A program made the translations under genes and the position numbers. The notes under the pieces are model-generated. The model saw nothing but the letters and a program-made list of their open reading frames with translations, did not search any database and was not told where the DNA came from. From NCBI RefSeq assembly GCF_018350175.1, contig NC_058368.1, forward strand, positions 121,894,001-121,958,000: a stretch of DNA of 64,000 nt, given 5' to 3'. The DNA comes from Felis catus. Its lineage: Eukaryota. Numbering within the stretch: the stretch's first letter is position 1; each line of letters starts with the position of its first letter. Positions 26,539 through 40,215 of the stretch are shown here, piece by piece.

Positions 26539-28483
26539 AATTCACATACTCTTTTAATGGATATTGGTGGGTATTCAGTTAAGATGGTATTTAAATTCCA
26601 GGGGATGCATTAAAAAGGTGATGTAAAAGTTTTATTTTAAACTGCCTATGTTCAAAATACTCCTGAAATCATCTTTTGGAATTATTTACCATTACGATGG
26701 AAAATGCTTTCTCATCTATTTAGAAATGCTCAGAAAAGAACATGAGTTTTCAAACTTCTGGGGGTACACAAACACAAAATCTGAAGTTGCTTGGTGTAAG
26801 AAAATTTTTAAAACCAAACTGGATTTGAATCTTGGGCGGGCCATTTTCTAGCCATCTGGCCTCCGGCTTGTTACTTTACCTTTTGCCCTGTCAGTGCTCC
26901 CTTCCATGATGTTAGAAGGAGCAACTCTCTCAGTAGCTTTTTTTGTTGTTGTTGAGAAAACTTAGCACAGTGCCTGATATATGCGATCTAATAAAAAAAA
27001 AATTACAGAGAACCTACTTTGGCCAGAATTGTGCTAAGCACTTTAGGCATAGCATTTATTGACTCTTTACAACGATCTTAAGAGGTTGGTACTGATACTG
27101 TTCCTATTTCCCAGATGTGGATGCTGAAGCAAAGGAGATCATAATTCTTGCTCAAGGATGTACAGTTATTAAGCTGTGAAGCTGCCCTTGAACTTGGCAG
27201 TCTCGCTTCTGCCTTTATGGTTGCTATTCTTAGAATTTTTACCATTAACTTCCATTTGTGGAAAATGGTTCATTCTGAGAGATTGCCTGGGGAAGATTTT
27301 CAGACTTTTTCTATTGGCTATGGGGTTTAGGCATCCCTTCTATCCACTCAGGGAATTCAGCCATGATTACAGAACTCAGCATTGCTCAGGAAAATTGGGT
27401 AGTGGAATGACTGTTCACTGGGTAGCAATTAACTTCATTGGAAAAAAACAAAAAAACAAAAAAACAGCTTAAGGCTTTTCTGGTTAGGAGTTTTCCAAAT
27501 AGCTTCTGTCCACATTGTCATGAAAACCTTGGAACAATATGGTCGTTCATCCAATTATCAAACGAACCTGGGGGGCAGAGTCTGGCATTATGTGTGCCCA
27601 TTATTAAAGGGTAATTCAGTGTAACAAACCAAATCGAGTATGTACAAAGACTGTCAAATAAAATAAACCACTAACAAATTAAATTACTTCCCATTTTCAG
27701 TGGGAAGAATGCCAGTCATTTTTCATTTTAAAAAATATGCATCTTAATTCCATTTTTTAAAAAAAACATGAAAAGAAGCATTTAAAGGTCTCTTGTGCTG
27801 TCTGCACTGAGGTTTATTTTCCACAGGCACATCTTTCCTGGTCCTGAGGCATGTTCTTTCAGAGAATTAATGAAGCATTAAGCCTCACCCTGGTCAAAAA
27901 ACTTGTTTCCTCCATGGACCAATGGTGGATGGAGTTCAAAAAGCGAGAGCGATGGGTTGGCTCTGGCTAACAGTGACATATCAGAGTTGTTGTTTCCAGA
28001 ATGAAACTGCCACTCAATAGCAATCCGCCAAAAACCCCAGGGAATCCTATCCAAATAATATAATTTTTAGATTTCCCGATCACACCCTTCAACAGCCTCA
28101 ATATGTCCCTGATTTCTTTTACTGGCTTTGTCATGTAGATTGAAATAAGCCTTAGAGGAAAAACCCCTTTGGACCAAGTCAGGCTTTGTGCTTCAGGTTC
28201 TTAAATATTTGAGAATTATATTCTTTCATTTGACAAACATTTATTAAGTGCCAATCACTGCTCTAGGTTGTACGTGTACAGAGTGAACAAAACAGATTAT
28301 TTGTGGCACTTAAAGTCTAATAGAGAAAAAAGGCATTAAGGTCTCAAGGTAGATATATTGTTCCAACTGTCACTAATGCTATAAAGAGATGTATATTGTT
28401 TCAAGAGAGGAAAAAAAATACTGCTTCAGTAAAAAAAAAAATAGGGCCTCTAATGTAGATTGGGGAATTAGGTGAACTGTTTT

Positions 28484-28709
28484 TTTTTTTTTTTTAATTT
28501 TTTTTTCAACGTTTATTTATTTTTGGGACAGAGAGAGACAGAGCATGAACGGGGGAGGGGTAGAGAGAGAGGGAGACACAGAATCGGAAACAGGCTCCAG
28601 GCTCTGAGCCATCAGCCCAGAGCCTGACACGGGGCTCGAACTCACGGACCGCAAGATCGTGACCTGGCTGGAGTCAGACGCTTAACCGACTGTGCCACCC
28701 AGGCGCCCC
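28484..28709 (-). mobile_element. Young felid Can-SINE
   Basis: TSD tgaactgttttt starting at 28473 and 28710. Confidence 0.92.
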
Positions 28710-28772
28710 TGAACTGTTTTTAAGGACGTGAAAACTCACCTCCCAAAAGCAGGGGCATAGCATCCTCTAAAT

Positions 28773-28973
28773 CAGTGGTTCTTAACTGGGGAGAATTTTG
28801 TCTTTTAACAAGTCTGGAGATATTTTTGGTTGTCGCGACTGGGTGTATGCTACCAGCATCTAGTGGGCAGAGGCCAAGAATGATGCTAACTGTCCTACAA
28901 GGTACAGACTAGTCCCCAGTGAGAAATAATGATCTGGCCCAAAATATCAACAGTTCTGAGGATGAGAAACCAA
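28773..28973 (+). mobile_element. MER20-like DNA transposon relic
   Basis: cagtggttcttaactgggg..tctggagatatttttggttgtc..catctagtgggcagaggcca..gagaaacc. Confidence 0.78.
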
Positions 28974-30119
28974 GCTCCTAAGGAAATCCTTCAGACACAA
29001 TGTCTAAATTTAGGATAGAGAAAATTAACCCAGTGTTAATGTGCACAATAGGCAGCAAAGAATTCCTGTTCATAGGTTTAGAATTAAAGAGTATATGTAT
29101 GTATGTATACACACACACACTCATAGATATACACTCATATATGTACATACACACATATATATTTTATATATAAATACTTTTATACACATGCAAGACTTAT
29201 CTTCTACCGCCAGCTATAAGAACAACACACAATCCATAAAAACTGCCTGAGGAATTATTATATATTTTTTAAATCCAATGCATCAAAGATGGTTTTTATG
29301 GCAGATGAACAATTTCATGCTCTTGGTGTCTTTGACTTCTTTTGGCCTCTCTATGGAAAAGACACGAAAAATATCTTTCCCTCAGAAGATAAACTCACTA
29401 TCTAATTACCAGTCCATGCAGCAGCCTGTAATTCTGCCAGTTTTATCTTATTTTTTTTTTCTTCCCAGACACTTCCATTTTCTGCCAACATTGCTATTTC
29501 TCAAAGCATGTTTCCCTGTTCACTGCCTTTCCTGTTATTTCCCTTGATGTTTCACATTGTGTAATTCCACAGGAAGAAAGGAGACATCTTAAAATATCCC
29601 AGTAGGGGAAAATTTCAATTAACACCTATAGGTGGGGAAGAGAATGGGATGGGGAGAGGCAGTGGTTTAATTTCTTGGTTAGTTTGGGAAGGATTAATCA
29701 CAAAATTGTTTTTGTTTTGTTTTTCAACTGCTATTGATAAAAGTATTTCTAAAATGTGTCCACACAGTTTCTCCTATCCATGATTAGCATAAATATGGAA
29801 TCTTCAATGACCAAGGATCAACAATACCTGTCATTTATTACTGCAGAATATACAGAACCCAGAAGATAAATATAAATTCGATATGTGCTTCAAGAATCTT
29901 AGAGTTCAAAATTACATCTGAGAAGTCATGACACTAAAAAGATGTAGAAGTGTACAAAGAACTTTGAAACATGGCCTTTCATAGATATGGACAAAGCTAT
30001 ACAAATTAGCTAACTGGTGTCAGTTCTGCCTCCCGCCAACAGATGGCGGTAGTGATTACTAATGACACTATAATTTAGTAACAAATTGGCTTCTGAATCA
30101 CCTTTCGGAATTGCATCCT

Positions 30120-30290
30120 GTAGTTCTCATTCCTGGCTGCACATCAGAATCAAATGAGGTCTCTTATTAAAAATTGATGTCTGGGTCTGACCACTGAGCT
30201 GTTAAGTCAGAACGCCTGTGAAGTGGAACTCAAGTACTGGGTTTTAAAATTCCCCTAGATGACCAATAGGTAGAGCCAAGGCTGACAGAC
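30120..30290 (+). mobile_element. MER5-like relic
   Basis: gttctcattcctggctgcacatcagaatca..ttttaaaattcccctagatga. Confidence 0.5.
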
Positions 30291-30479
30291 AGCCAATGAA
30301 TCTGAGGGGGTAGATGGAAGAGTTTCCATACAACAAACTTGTAATAGTGGATGTATTTCAGGGTATGAGATTATATGAGTTTAAAATCAGTTTTATAGTT
30401 TTGGGTAGACTGAGGTTTTTGTGTTAACTTAAAACCACTCTGATTTTTAAAATACACAAATAAAAAGGAAATCATTTAT

Positions 30480-31500
30480 GGAAGATACAAATGACAGGAA
30501 AAAGGTTACTATTCGAAATCTACAAAGAGTTCCTAAAAACTCATAAAAAGACAACTCAGTAAACCTTTTGGCAAAGGATAGAAACAGAAAACAGAGAAAA
30601 GGAAAACCAAACGATCAAGAAATATGTAGAAATACGCCCAACCTTATTAGTAGTTAAGGAGATGCAAGTTAAATTTGTGAATCTTCAATCTTATAGAAGA
30701 TTAATCTTATTAATCTTTAATTTTTACTTATAAAAATTTTACTATATGCCTGTCAGTGTTCTAAGTCTTTATAACTATTAATTCATTTAATACTCATAAC
30801 AATTTTATGAGGTAGGTATTCATGTCATATCTCGTTACAAATGAGGATAACAGAGGCATGAAACAGTTATGTGTCGTAGCTTAAAGTTGCACAGGTTGTG
30901 TGTGCTATAGTTGAGACGCTAAGAGCATCCTCAACCTTAACGACTACACTATGCTCCCTTGTCAGCAGTACCTCTATGTGAATAGGCAAAAATGATAATG
31001 ACTACTAACACCCTATCCTGGAAATGATATGAAGACATGGACTTGCTGGTGGGATTATGAATGGCAAAAAGATTTTCAGAAGGTGATTCGGAAGAGGCTA
31101 TTAAAACAAAATAACGTACACACCTTTTGATTTAGCAAATCCCACTTTAATGGAAACTATTCTACAAATACAAAACATTAGTTTGTGATAGTACCTGTTG
31201 GAGAACATTTATTGCAGCATTGTTAGTTATAATTGCACTCTAGCAAAATGTGGAAATAACCCAAATGTCTACCAATGGGGGGATGATTTAATAAGTTATA
31301 GTACACCCGTACTTTAAAATATCTGTAGCTATTTCAAAGAAGATGAATTGACTTGAAAGGGTGCTAATACTACTGAGCAGAGTAATGTACATAATATGGT
31401 CTCAATTTTGTAAAAACAAAATCATATCCATCTATTAATGCTAGTACGTGTTTGTGTGGGCAAAGAGAAAGGTATGGAAAGACACACACCAAACTAGTAA
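30480..31500 (+). mobile_element. Ancient L1 (L1ME-like) 3' fragments interrupted by a MIR
   Basis: atctacaaagagttcc..ttattgcagcattgtt..tggaaataacccaaatgtc; the 30750-30950 block is MIR-like. Confidence 0.5.
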
Positions 31501-32194
31501 CACGAATTACATTGAGATGTGGGTCCACAATTTTGTATTATTTGACTTGTTGCTGTAACCATGCATTAATTTTGGGCTGTAAAAGAAAAAGTAGCAAAGT
31601 CCTTAGGTCTAACGTCCTGGGAGGATTCTTAGGATTCTTCTGTCTGCACCAGATTCTTCCTGGGAAAACTAAAGCGGCTCTAATGAGCACGATTTCCTCA
31701 TTCCTATAAGCCCAGATCTGCTTTCTTGACCTGTCTACCTGTTAGTTCCCCAGGTGACGAGAGAGCCAGTCCACTCCCTTCGCTATGCAAAAGCACTCAA
31801 GATATTTGAGGACAGCTCTCAACCCAGCCCATTCCTCATTAGGCAAATTATACCAAGACGTGGCCTCCAATCTTCATATCCCACCAAGGGTCAGTGCTGC
31901 TTCACATCTACTGATGCTTTTCTTTACTGAACACATCTACCAGTTCGAAACATAGAGGGACCTGCATTCTCCTATGCAAGACATGTGTTTTTACTTATGT
32001 AGCTTAAAACTGATTTACCTCTGTCATAGTCTATATTGTGAGTTCAATTAAAATTCCCAGGTCTTTTTTTTCCCCAAATAAATGAATGTCAAAATATCTT
32101 CTATACTATTGACTGTTTTTAATCTGAATATGATTTCCTAAGTTCTCCTCCAGATTTATCCTTTCCTTTTAAAAGTGAAATACAGGAATGGGAA

Positions 32195-32197
<3 letters not shown>

Positions 32198-32242
<45 letters not shown>
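32198..32242. repeat. (TG)n microsatellite
   Basis: Perfect TG run. Confidence 0.95.
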
Positions 32243-32244
<2 letters not shown>

Positions 32245-32711
32245 GTTAATGAATTATGGATTCTGGCTATTTGGATTTTTCCATATAATGAAGATGGGTG
32301 AATGACTTAGGAAAGTGGAGAAGACAAGATAGTGTCCTGTAGTCTGGCTGCACGGTGGAAGATACCTTAAATCCTCCATTCCCCAATGTCAGGGCTGAAT
32401 TTGAAATATAATATTTCTGGCAAATAAAACTATTACATGAAGTGGGTGAGGGAAGAGGTTATCTCTAGAGGAGAAGTTTTGCTAGTTCCAAGGAGAGAGA
32501 GCATGAATAGGCAAAGAACAGAGGTGAAGGAAGGGAACGAGAAAGAGAAGAGGGTATCTGAGAAAAGCAGCAGCACACAGGACCTCAAAGAGAAAAAGCA
32601 TGGCAAGCCTCCAAAACAGGAAGGGGAAAGAGAAGAAAGGGGGAGCAGCAGTGAGGGGCAGGTAATCATCTAGTCTGGACAGTTTAGATGTCAAGAAACA
32701 GAAACCTCCTC

Positions 32712-33090
32712 GGGCTCTGGGCTGATGGCTCAGAGCCTGGAGCCTGCTTCCGATTCTATGTCTCCCTCTCTCTCTGCCCCTCCCCCATTCACGCTCTGTC
32801 TCTCTCTGTCCCAAAAATAAATAATAAATGTTGAAAAAAAAATTAAAAAAAAAAAAAAAAAAAGGGGCGCCTGGGTGGCGCAGTCAGTTAAGCGTCCGAC
32901 TTCAGCCAGGTCACAATCTCGCGGTCCGTGAGTTCGAGCCCCGCGTCGGGCTCTGGGCTGATGGCTCAGAGCCTGGAGCCTGCTTCCGATTCTATGTCTC
33001 CCTCTCTCTCTGCCCCTCCCCCATTCACGCTCTGTCTCTCTCTGTCCCAAAAATAAATAATAAATGTTGAAAAAAAAATTAAAAAAAAAA
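32712..33090 (+). mobile_element. Composite young Can-SINE: 5'-truncated copy (32712-32863) followed by a full-length copy (32864-33090)
   Basis: A single TSD pair aagaaacagaaacctcctc at 32693-32711 and 33091-33109; the two 3' halves are identical apart from final A-run length. Confidence 0.92.
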
Positions 33091-34203
33091 AAGAAACAGA
33101 AACCTCCTCAAACTTACTTTTAAAAAAACTCCTAAAAGACAAAAAACGAAAGGATTATTGTAGGACAGAAAAACCTGGGGGATTATCAGGACTGAAAATG
33201 GAGTGTGTGAAATAGAACAGGGACATGGCAAGCTGTGAGGGACCTGGGAACTATCGTTGTCTTTTGGTCTCTGTGTCTTTCCAGGGCCACCTGGTCTCTT
33301 GCTTCTCCCTGGATGTCTGGGCCTTTCTCCTCTCCTTACCACCAAAAGTTAATTCCATCTGTTGAGGAGTGTGACCGTGGATTCCAGTGAGTTCTTCTAG
33401 TTCTATTTCAATTACGCTTTCAAACCAAGTGCTCAACACTATTAGAAAAGGGAACAAACAGTGGGGAGGACAAAGTAGGAAAAATGTAAGAGTCAACCCC
33501 CTGCAATAAAGGCTCTTCTCTTCCCGTGAATGTATCACGTTCATAATCACCTCCATGCCCCACTTCTAATTACTCCCTTCTTTCCTTAAGTCTTCCCAGA
33601 TCCTGACCATGCCAGTTAATAGAACTCCCCTACCCCCACCTTTCTCATGCCATGTATGTACTCAATCCACTGGAAAATCTGGTATTTTAAGAGTCCCATG
33701 GAAAGGAATGAATTTTCTAGCTTCCTCCTTTAACCTAGCACTATTTCCTAGCCTTCTTGGAATCAATTCCTGACTAAAGCTCCTAGTATTATAATTTAGA
33801 CTTCTAACAGTCTCTGTTTCAAGAAGACTGAAACACAACTGGTCACTATTACTACCTTTCAATCTTTTTCAGGCAATGAACACTTTTCTCTAATCTAATT
33901 TCCCCCCGTTCCCTAATAATCTTACAAGTTGTGACATTTCCATGGCAATCACACACTTTCTAAGACTGTATTGTTAAAGTGTATTAGAATAAAAGTTTAT
34001 CCTGAATAAAACTTGGTAATTACTTCTTCTGGAACAATATGGTGTTCTGGATGACTTATGCCTGGTCTGGTTCTAACACATTTAAATTATTATTCACTAA
34101 GACCCTGACATGTTTTTCCACATATTCACTTCCTCTTTTCATATTCTCCATATAAATGGTTGAATTTTCTCTCCACAGGCACCAGCACTATGTTTTGTCA
34201 TTT

Positions 34204-34555
34204 ATTGATTTATTATTTTTTATTTTTATTTAAATTCAAGTTAGTTAACATATACTGTAGCACTGGTTTCAGGAGTAGAATTTGGTGATTCATCACTTAC
34301 ATATAACACCCAGTGCTCATTATAGCAAGTGCCGCCTTAGTGCCCATCACCCATTTAGCCCATCCCCCACCTCCTTCCTTCCATCAACCCTCAGTTTGTT
34401 CTCTATTGTTAATAATCTCTTATGGTTTGCCTCTCTCTCTCTATTTTATTTTTCCTTCCCTACTCTATGTTCATCTGTTTCGTTTCTTGAATTCCACATA
34501 TGAGTGAAATCATAGGATATCTGTCTTTCTCTGACTGACTTATTTCACTTAGCAT
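34204..34555 (-). mobile_element. Carnivore L1 3' end (about 350 bp), sense to PPP2R2B
   Basis: Reverse complement of an L1 3' UTR (gattcatcacttacatataacacccagtgctcat..attccacatatgagtgaaatcata); degenerate TSD tatg(t/c)tttgtc(a/c)ttt at about 34189 and 34556. Confidence 0.85.
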
Positions 34556-37219
34556 TATGCTTTGTCCTTTTAGAACTCTGAATCCCATCTGTTTCCCTCA
34601 AGTTTCCCTCTGTATCCCATCTATTTCCTTACTCATTCCTCATCTCTTCTTTGACCCCTAGTTTTGCAAAGTGTGAGCCTGTACAATGGTAGGGAGCAGG
34701 AAGAAGGGTGAAAAGATGAAGTGTATAGACTTGGAGGCTGACTCATAGGACTATAAACTCTATTAATTTTCTTTTCTTCCTGAAGGGAGGAATATGAATT
34801 ATTTTCTCAAATAACCAAAGCAGGGACCTGCTTAAAAACCATAAATCTCTCAGGCTAACAGTTAAAAGGAAGGGAAAACTAATCATACAGAGGGAAAAAA
34901 GGCAAGTATGCAGTTCATTTAAAATCACTGTAGTTGAACACCAAGTCACCCTACCTGACTTCTACTTATTTCACATTCTATTGAGAACTCATTTTGCATC
35001 TAACCTAGGAATAATAATTATAGACTGAATTGCATCACGTATGCATTAATATGTGGGTTCAACTATATGTGCTTAGCATTAAACAGAAAAATGAAAGAAG
35101 GAAACAAATTTAAATAATGTTGACTGTGGCAAGTGCATTCCACTCAATGGTTAGAAGCCCCCACATAAATATGAGATGGGGGGAGTCCATCTGCAATTTC
35201 CTCAGACAGATTGTGTGGATCTCATCTCCTAGCATCTTGATATGTTGAATGAGCTACTAAGGTTTAACGAAGTCTATTTTCAGAAATGGCCATTCAGATT
35301 TTTTGCATAGCTTTGTATTTCACATTATTCTTTATATGGTGCATATTTACATATACACATTATTTTCTACAGTTTACAAAAACTATGTATACTATCTCTC
35401 ATGGGTGATTTAAGGGGTTTTTCAGGGATGTTTTTGAACAAACTTGACTCTTGTGTTAGGGGGATGACTTTGGAAACTTGCCTCTACAAAAGTACAAAAA
35501 GTGCCATTTTATTGACCCTTTTACAAATAACCTACTATTTTCCATGTACCATTACCTCCTTTAAGTCTCACAAAAATCCCACAGGGTTGATACTGTTTTA
35601 TGACTATTTTACAGATATTTAAAGAACTGAGGTTCAGTGAAGTTAAATGATGTAATAAGTCATGAGGTCATTCAGTCAACATCAGCAAAGATAGGGTCCA
35701 AACACAGTCTGAATTCATGGACCATACTTTTTCACTATGTCAAGGAATCTACAGTGTTGATACTTTTCAAGTTCTTCATTGGCTTATACTAGGGGTATTC
35801 TATATTCTTTTGTCAAGGATGACACAGAGTATGATATTCTAATACTTCAAAAAGTTAGTGTAACTATTTCTAAGCAGTATTTGTTGAGCACCTACTAAAT
35901 GCAAGGTGCTATTGGTATACTGTAGGTAGGGAACAGTCATTTTCCTAAAGCAGCTCACAAATTGAGAAGATAAAGCAAAGACTCAAATAAGAAAATTTTC
36001 AAATAATTTGTAGGCAGGAGCCAATAATAGGCCTCATAAGTCATGGTAAGGACTTGAGAATTCATTCTAAGTGATACGGGAAGCCACCAGAGGCTGTTAA
36101 AAGGGGAGTGAAAGATCTTATTTGCATTTTTAAAAGCTCCTTCTAAGTGCTTTGTGGTTAGGACTTTGGGGGGTGGGAAGGTGGGAGGTGAGCGAATGTA
36201 CAAAGAACAACTGGGAGGCTTTTTAACATGGTAGTGAAGGATATAAGTTTAGAAACAAACTAGCAGAACATATAAAGGCAAAACAGAGGAGAAAATGAAG
36301 CAATTACATATATAAGTTGCTTTGTAGCAACAACGTAAAACAGAGAAAATGTAGAAATCAGAGTTATCAACATGGTTTAGAGGCTTGAGGAAATCACAGA
36401 AAACAAAATGAAAAAGTACTAAGATATAAAAATCAATGAAGAACAGATTATATACATACAAAACAGAGGATCCAATGTATGTATAATTGTTGCTTATGAA
36501 ACAAACAAAAGAAGCAATTTTGAAAAAAAAATTTATAAAAGTTGCATGAAATAAAGACTTCAGTCCAAGGTTAAAAAGATGGAAAATTTTGGAAAGACTG
36601 AAAAGATAGTAATTCAAGAAAAACTGACAGAGAGTTTAGTATGAAAGCATACCGTAAAGAAGTTACGTTACTTTAAGCATAAAGAATATTTATAGGTTAT
36701 GCAGATCTTTAAAATGACTCAAATATGAGAAGTAAAATAAAGACTGACTTCAGACTTCCCTTCCCAGTAAACTCAATGCCAGAAACTAGTGTCCCCAAGT
36801 TATGACAATTTTATATTCTTTCAGGCTGTAATTTAGAATAGACGCAACTTTCTTAAGCAGGCAAAAATCAGGGAACACAATATTCATGAGCTTGTACTAG
36901 AAAGTAAGCTCCACCAAGGCAGAGTCTACTTCTGTACTGTTTTTCATTTTATTCTCAGCAACCAGGAAATACAGCGTTACACATTTGTAGGTACTCAGCA
37001 AATGTTGATTGAATGAAAAAAATTTTTTACATAAAGAAAATTGGAGATCTTCTCATTCAGAGATTCCTTAACTGTTTTTTTTTTTTAATCAGAACTACCT
37101 AACAGATCTTAAAGAGAATTAGAAAATAGAGATTGCTCACATCTACACTTTGAGACTTCAACTCAGCTAGTCTGGCATAAAGCTTAAGTATCTTGATTTT
37201 GAAAAAGCTTCCCCTTCAA

Positions 37220-37428
37220 TTTTTTCTTTTTTCTTTTCTTTTCTCTTTTTTCTTCCCTTTTCTTCCCTTTTCTCTTCTTTCTTTCCTTCCTTCCTTCCTT
37301 CTTTCCTTCCTTCCTTCTTTCTTTCTTCTTTCTTTCTATTTCTTTCTTTCTTTCTCTTTCTTCTTTCCTTCCTTCCTTCCTTCCTTCCTTCCTTCCTTCC
37401 TTCCTTCCTTCCTTCCTTTCTTTCTCTA
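37220..37428. repeat. Compound (TTTC)n/(TTCC)n polypyrimidine repeat
   Basis: About 200 bp of near-pure pyrimidines. Confidence 0.95.
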
Positions 37429-37603
37429 CCTGCTTTGCCCAAATTCTTACTTAACATTTTCTTTAAATGGATCCACTTTTTAGTTAATTGTATTTTGTTA
37501 GGGAACTTCACATCACACCAACGCATGAGAAAAGTTTTCTGTGAATTGCTAAAGAACCCCAAAAGAATGTTATAAAAATAAACACAATGAAAAAAACTGT
37601 TTT

Positions 37604-40215
37604 TAACCTACCATAACTAAAGCAGGAAGAAATAGACAATCTGAACAGACCAATTACCCCAATGAAACGGAGGCAGTAATCAAAAAACTTCCCCAAAATA
37701 AAAGTCTAGGAACAGATGCCTTCACAGACAAATTCCACCAAACATTTAAAGAAGAGTTAGTACCTGTTCTCTTCAAACTATTCTAATATAGAACAGGAAG
37801 GAAAACTTCCAAATTCATTCTATGAGGCCAGCATTACCCTGATACCAAAACCAGATAAAGACACCACAAAAAAGGAAACTACAGACCAATATATCCAATG
37901 AATACAGATATACAAATCCTCAACAAAATATTAGCAAACCAAATCCAACAATACATTAAAAAAAAACATACATCACCATCAAGTGAGATTTATTCCAGGT
38001 ATGCAATGGTGGTTCAGTATTTGCAAAGCAATCAACATGATATATCACATCACAAAGAGAAAGGATAAAAACCATATGATCATTTCAATAGATGCAGAAA
38101 AAGCATTTGACAAGGCATAACATCTGTTTATGATAAATGCCTCTGCAAGGTAGGTCAAGAGGGAACATATCTTAACAAAATAAAGCCCTTATATGAAAAA
38201 CTCACACCCCCACATCATCCTGAAAAACTGAGAGCCTTAACCCTAAGATCAGGAATAAGACAAGGATATCCACTCTTAACTGTTTTTATTCAACATAGTA
38301 CTGGAAGTCCCAGCCACACCAATCAGATAAGAAAAAGAAATAAAAGGCATCCAAATTGGTTAAGGAAGAAGTCAAACTCTTGCTATTAGCAGATGACATG
38401 ATACTATATACAGAAAAACCTAAACAGTGCACCAAAAAACTACTAGAACTGATACATAAATTCAGTAAAGGTGCAGGATACAAAATCAGTGTACAGAAAC
38501 CTGTTGCATTCCTATACACTAATAATGAAGAAACAGAAAGTGAAATTAAGAAAATAATCCCATTTACCATTTCATCTAAAACAATAAAATATCTAGGAAT
38601 AAACCTAACCAAAGAGGTGAAAGGCCTGTACTCCAAACACTATAAAACACTGACGAAAGAAATTCAAGATGATACAAAGAAATGGAAAGACATTCCATGA
38701 TTATGGGTTGGAAGAACAAATATTGTTAAAACATCTATATTATCCAAAGCAATCTACACATTTAATGTAATCCCTATCAAAATAACAACAGCATTATTCA
38801 CAGAGCTAGAACAAACAACCCTAAAATTTGTATAGACTTCAAATAGCCAAAGCAATCTCGGAAAAAAAACAAAAAACAAAACTGGAGGTATCATAATTCT
38901 AGACTTCAAGTTATATTACAAAGTGGTAGTAATTAAAACAGTATGGTACTGGCATTAAAAAAGACACATTCATCAATGGAATAGAATAGAAAACCCAGAA
39001 AGAAAACCACAATTATATGGTCAATTAATCTTTGACAAAGGAGGAATGAAAATGCAATGGGAAAAAAGATAGTCTCTTCAACAAATGGTGTTGGGAAAAC
39101 TGGACAGCAACATGCAGAAGAATGAAACCACTTTTTTTCACCATTTACAAAAATAAATGCAAAATGGATTGAAGACCAAAAAGTGAGACCTGAAACCATA
39201 AAAATCCTGTGAGAGCACAGGTAGTAATTTCTTTGATATCAGTCACAGCAACATTTTCTTGAGGCAAGAGAAATAAAAGTGAAAATCAACTACTGGGATT
39301 ACATCAATAAAAAGTTTCTGCACAGTGAAGGAAACAGCCAATAAAACTAAAAACCTTTTGAATGGGAGAAGATATTGGCAAATGACATATCCCATGAAGG
39401 ATTAGCACCCAAAATATATAAAAAACTGATACAAAATTCAATACCCAAAAGACAATCCAATTAAAAATGGGTGGAAGATATGAATAGACATTTATCCACA
39501 GAAAACATACAGATGGCTAACAGACACAAAAAAGATGCCCAGCATCACTCATCATCAGGAAAATGCAAATCAAAACTACATTGAGTTATCATCTCACACC
39601 CGCTAGAAGTGTCAAAATAAAGAACAAAAGAAACAGCAAGTGTTGGCGAGGATGTAGAGAAAAAAGAACCTTCTTACACTATTGGTGGGAATATAAACTG
39701 GTGCAGCCACTCTGGAAAACAGTATGGGGGTCCCTCAAAAACTTAAAAATAAAACTACCCTATGATCTAGTAATCACACTTCTGAGTTTTACCCCCCCAA
39801 AATTTAAAAACCCCACTAACTCAAAGGGTACATGAACCCCTATGTTTATTTACAATAGCCAAACTATGGGAGCAGACCCAGTGTCCACTGATACATGAAT
39901 GGATAAAGAAGATGTGGAATATTATTGAGCCATAAAAAAGAATGAAATCTTGCCATTTGGAACCACAGGGATGGAGCTAGAGAGCGTAATGCAAAGCAAA
40001 GTAAGTCAGAGAAAGACAAATACCATATGATTTCAATCCTATGTGGAATTTAAGAAACAAATAAGCAAAGGAAGAGAAAAAAGAGAGACAAACCAAGAAA
40101 CAGACCCTTAACTACAGAGAACAAACTGATGATTACCAGAGGGGAGGTGGGTGAGGGGGATGGTTGAGAAAGGTGATGGGGATTAAAGAGCACACTTACC
40201 AAAATGAAAAAAAAA
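37604..40215 (+). mobile_element. 5'-truncated carnivore L1 (about 2.6 kb): decayed ORF2 RT and C-terminus plus 3' UTR, antisense to PPP2R2B
   Basis: ORF fragments such as [28 protein letters not shown] (38356-38700) and MQIKTTLSYHLTP..CWRGC (39563-39835), with many stops and frameshifts. Confidence 0.93.

Noticed and set aside
32864..32945. tRNA genes suggested by A/B-box motifs (tggcgcagtc, gagttcgagcc)
   Set aside because: These are tRNA-derived Can-SINE heads that continue into (CT)n and an A-tail.
32433..33070. Overlapping ORFs (32437-32673, 32482-32814, 32730-33050, 32828-33070)
   Set aside because: Low-complexity purine-rich sequence and translations of SINE sequence; the same peptide appears at other SINEs (26017, 50490).
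37167..37562. 131-aa Lys/Glu/Arg-rich ORF
   Set aside because: Translation of the TTTC/TTCC microsatellite.
38356..39835. ORFs with reverse-transcriptase-like motifs ([15 protein letters not shown]) as a novel RT system
   Set aside because: They are fragments of a decayed, 5'-truncated L1 ORF2 with multiple stops and frameshifts.
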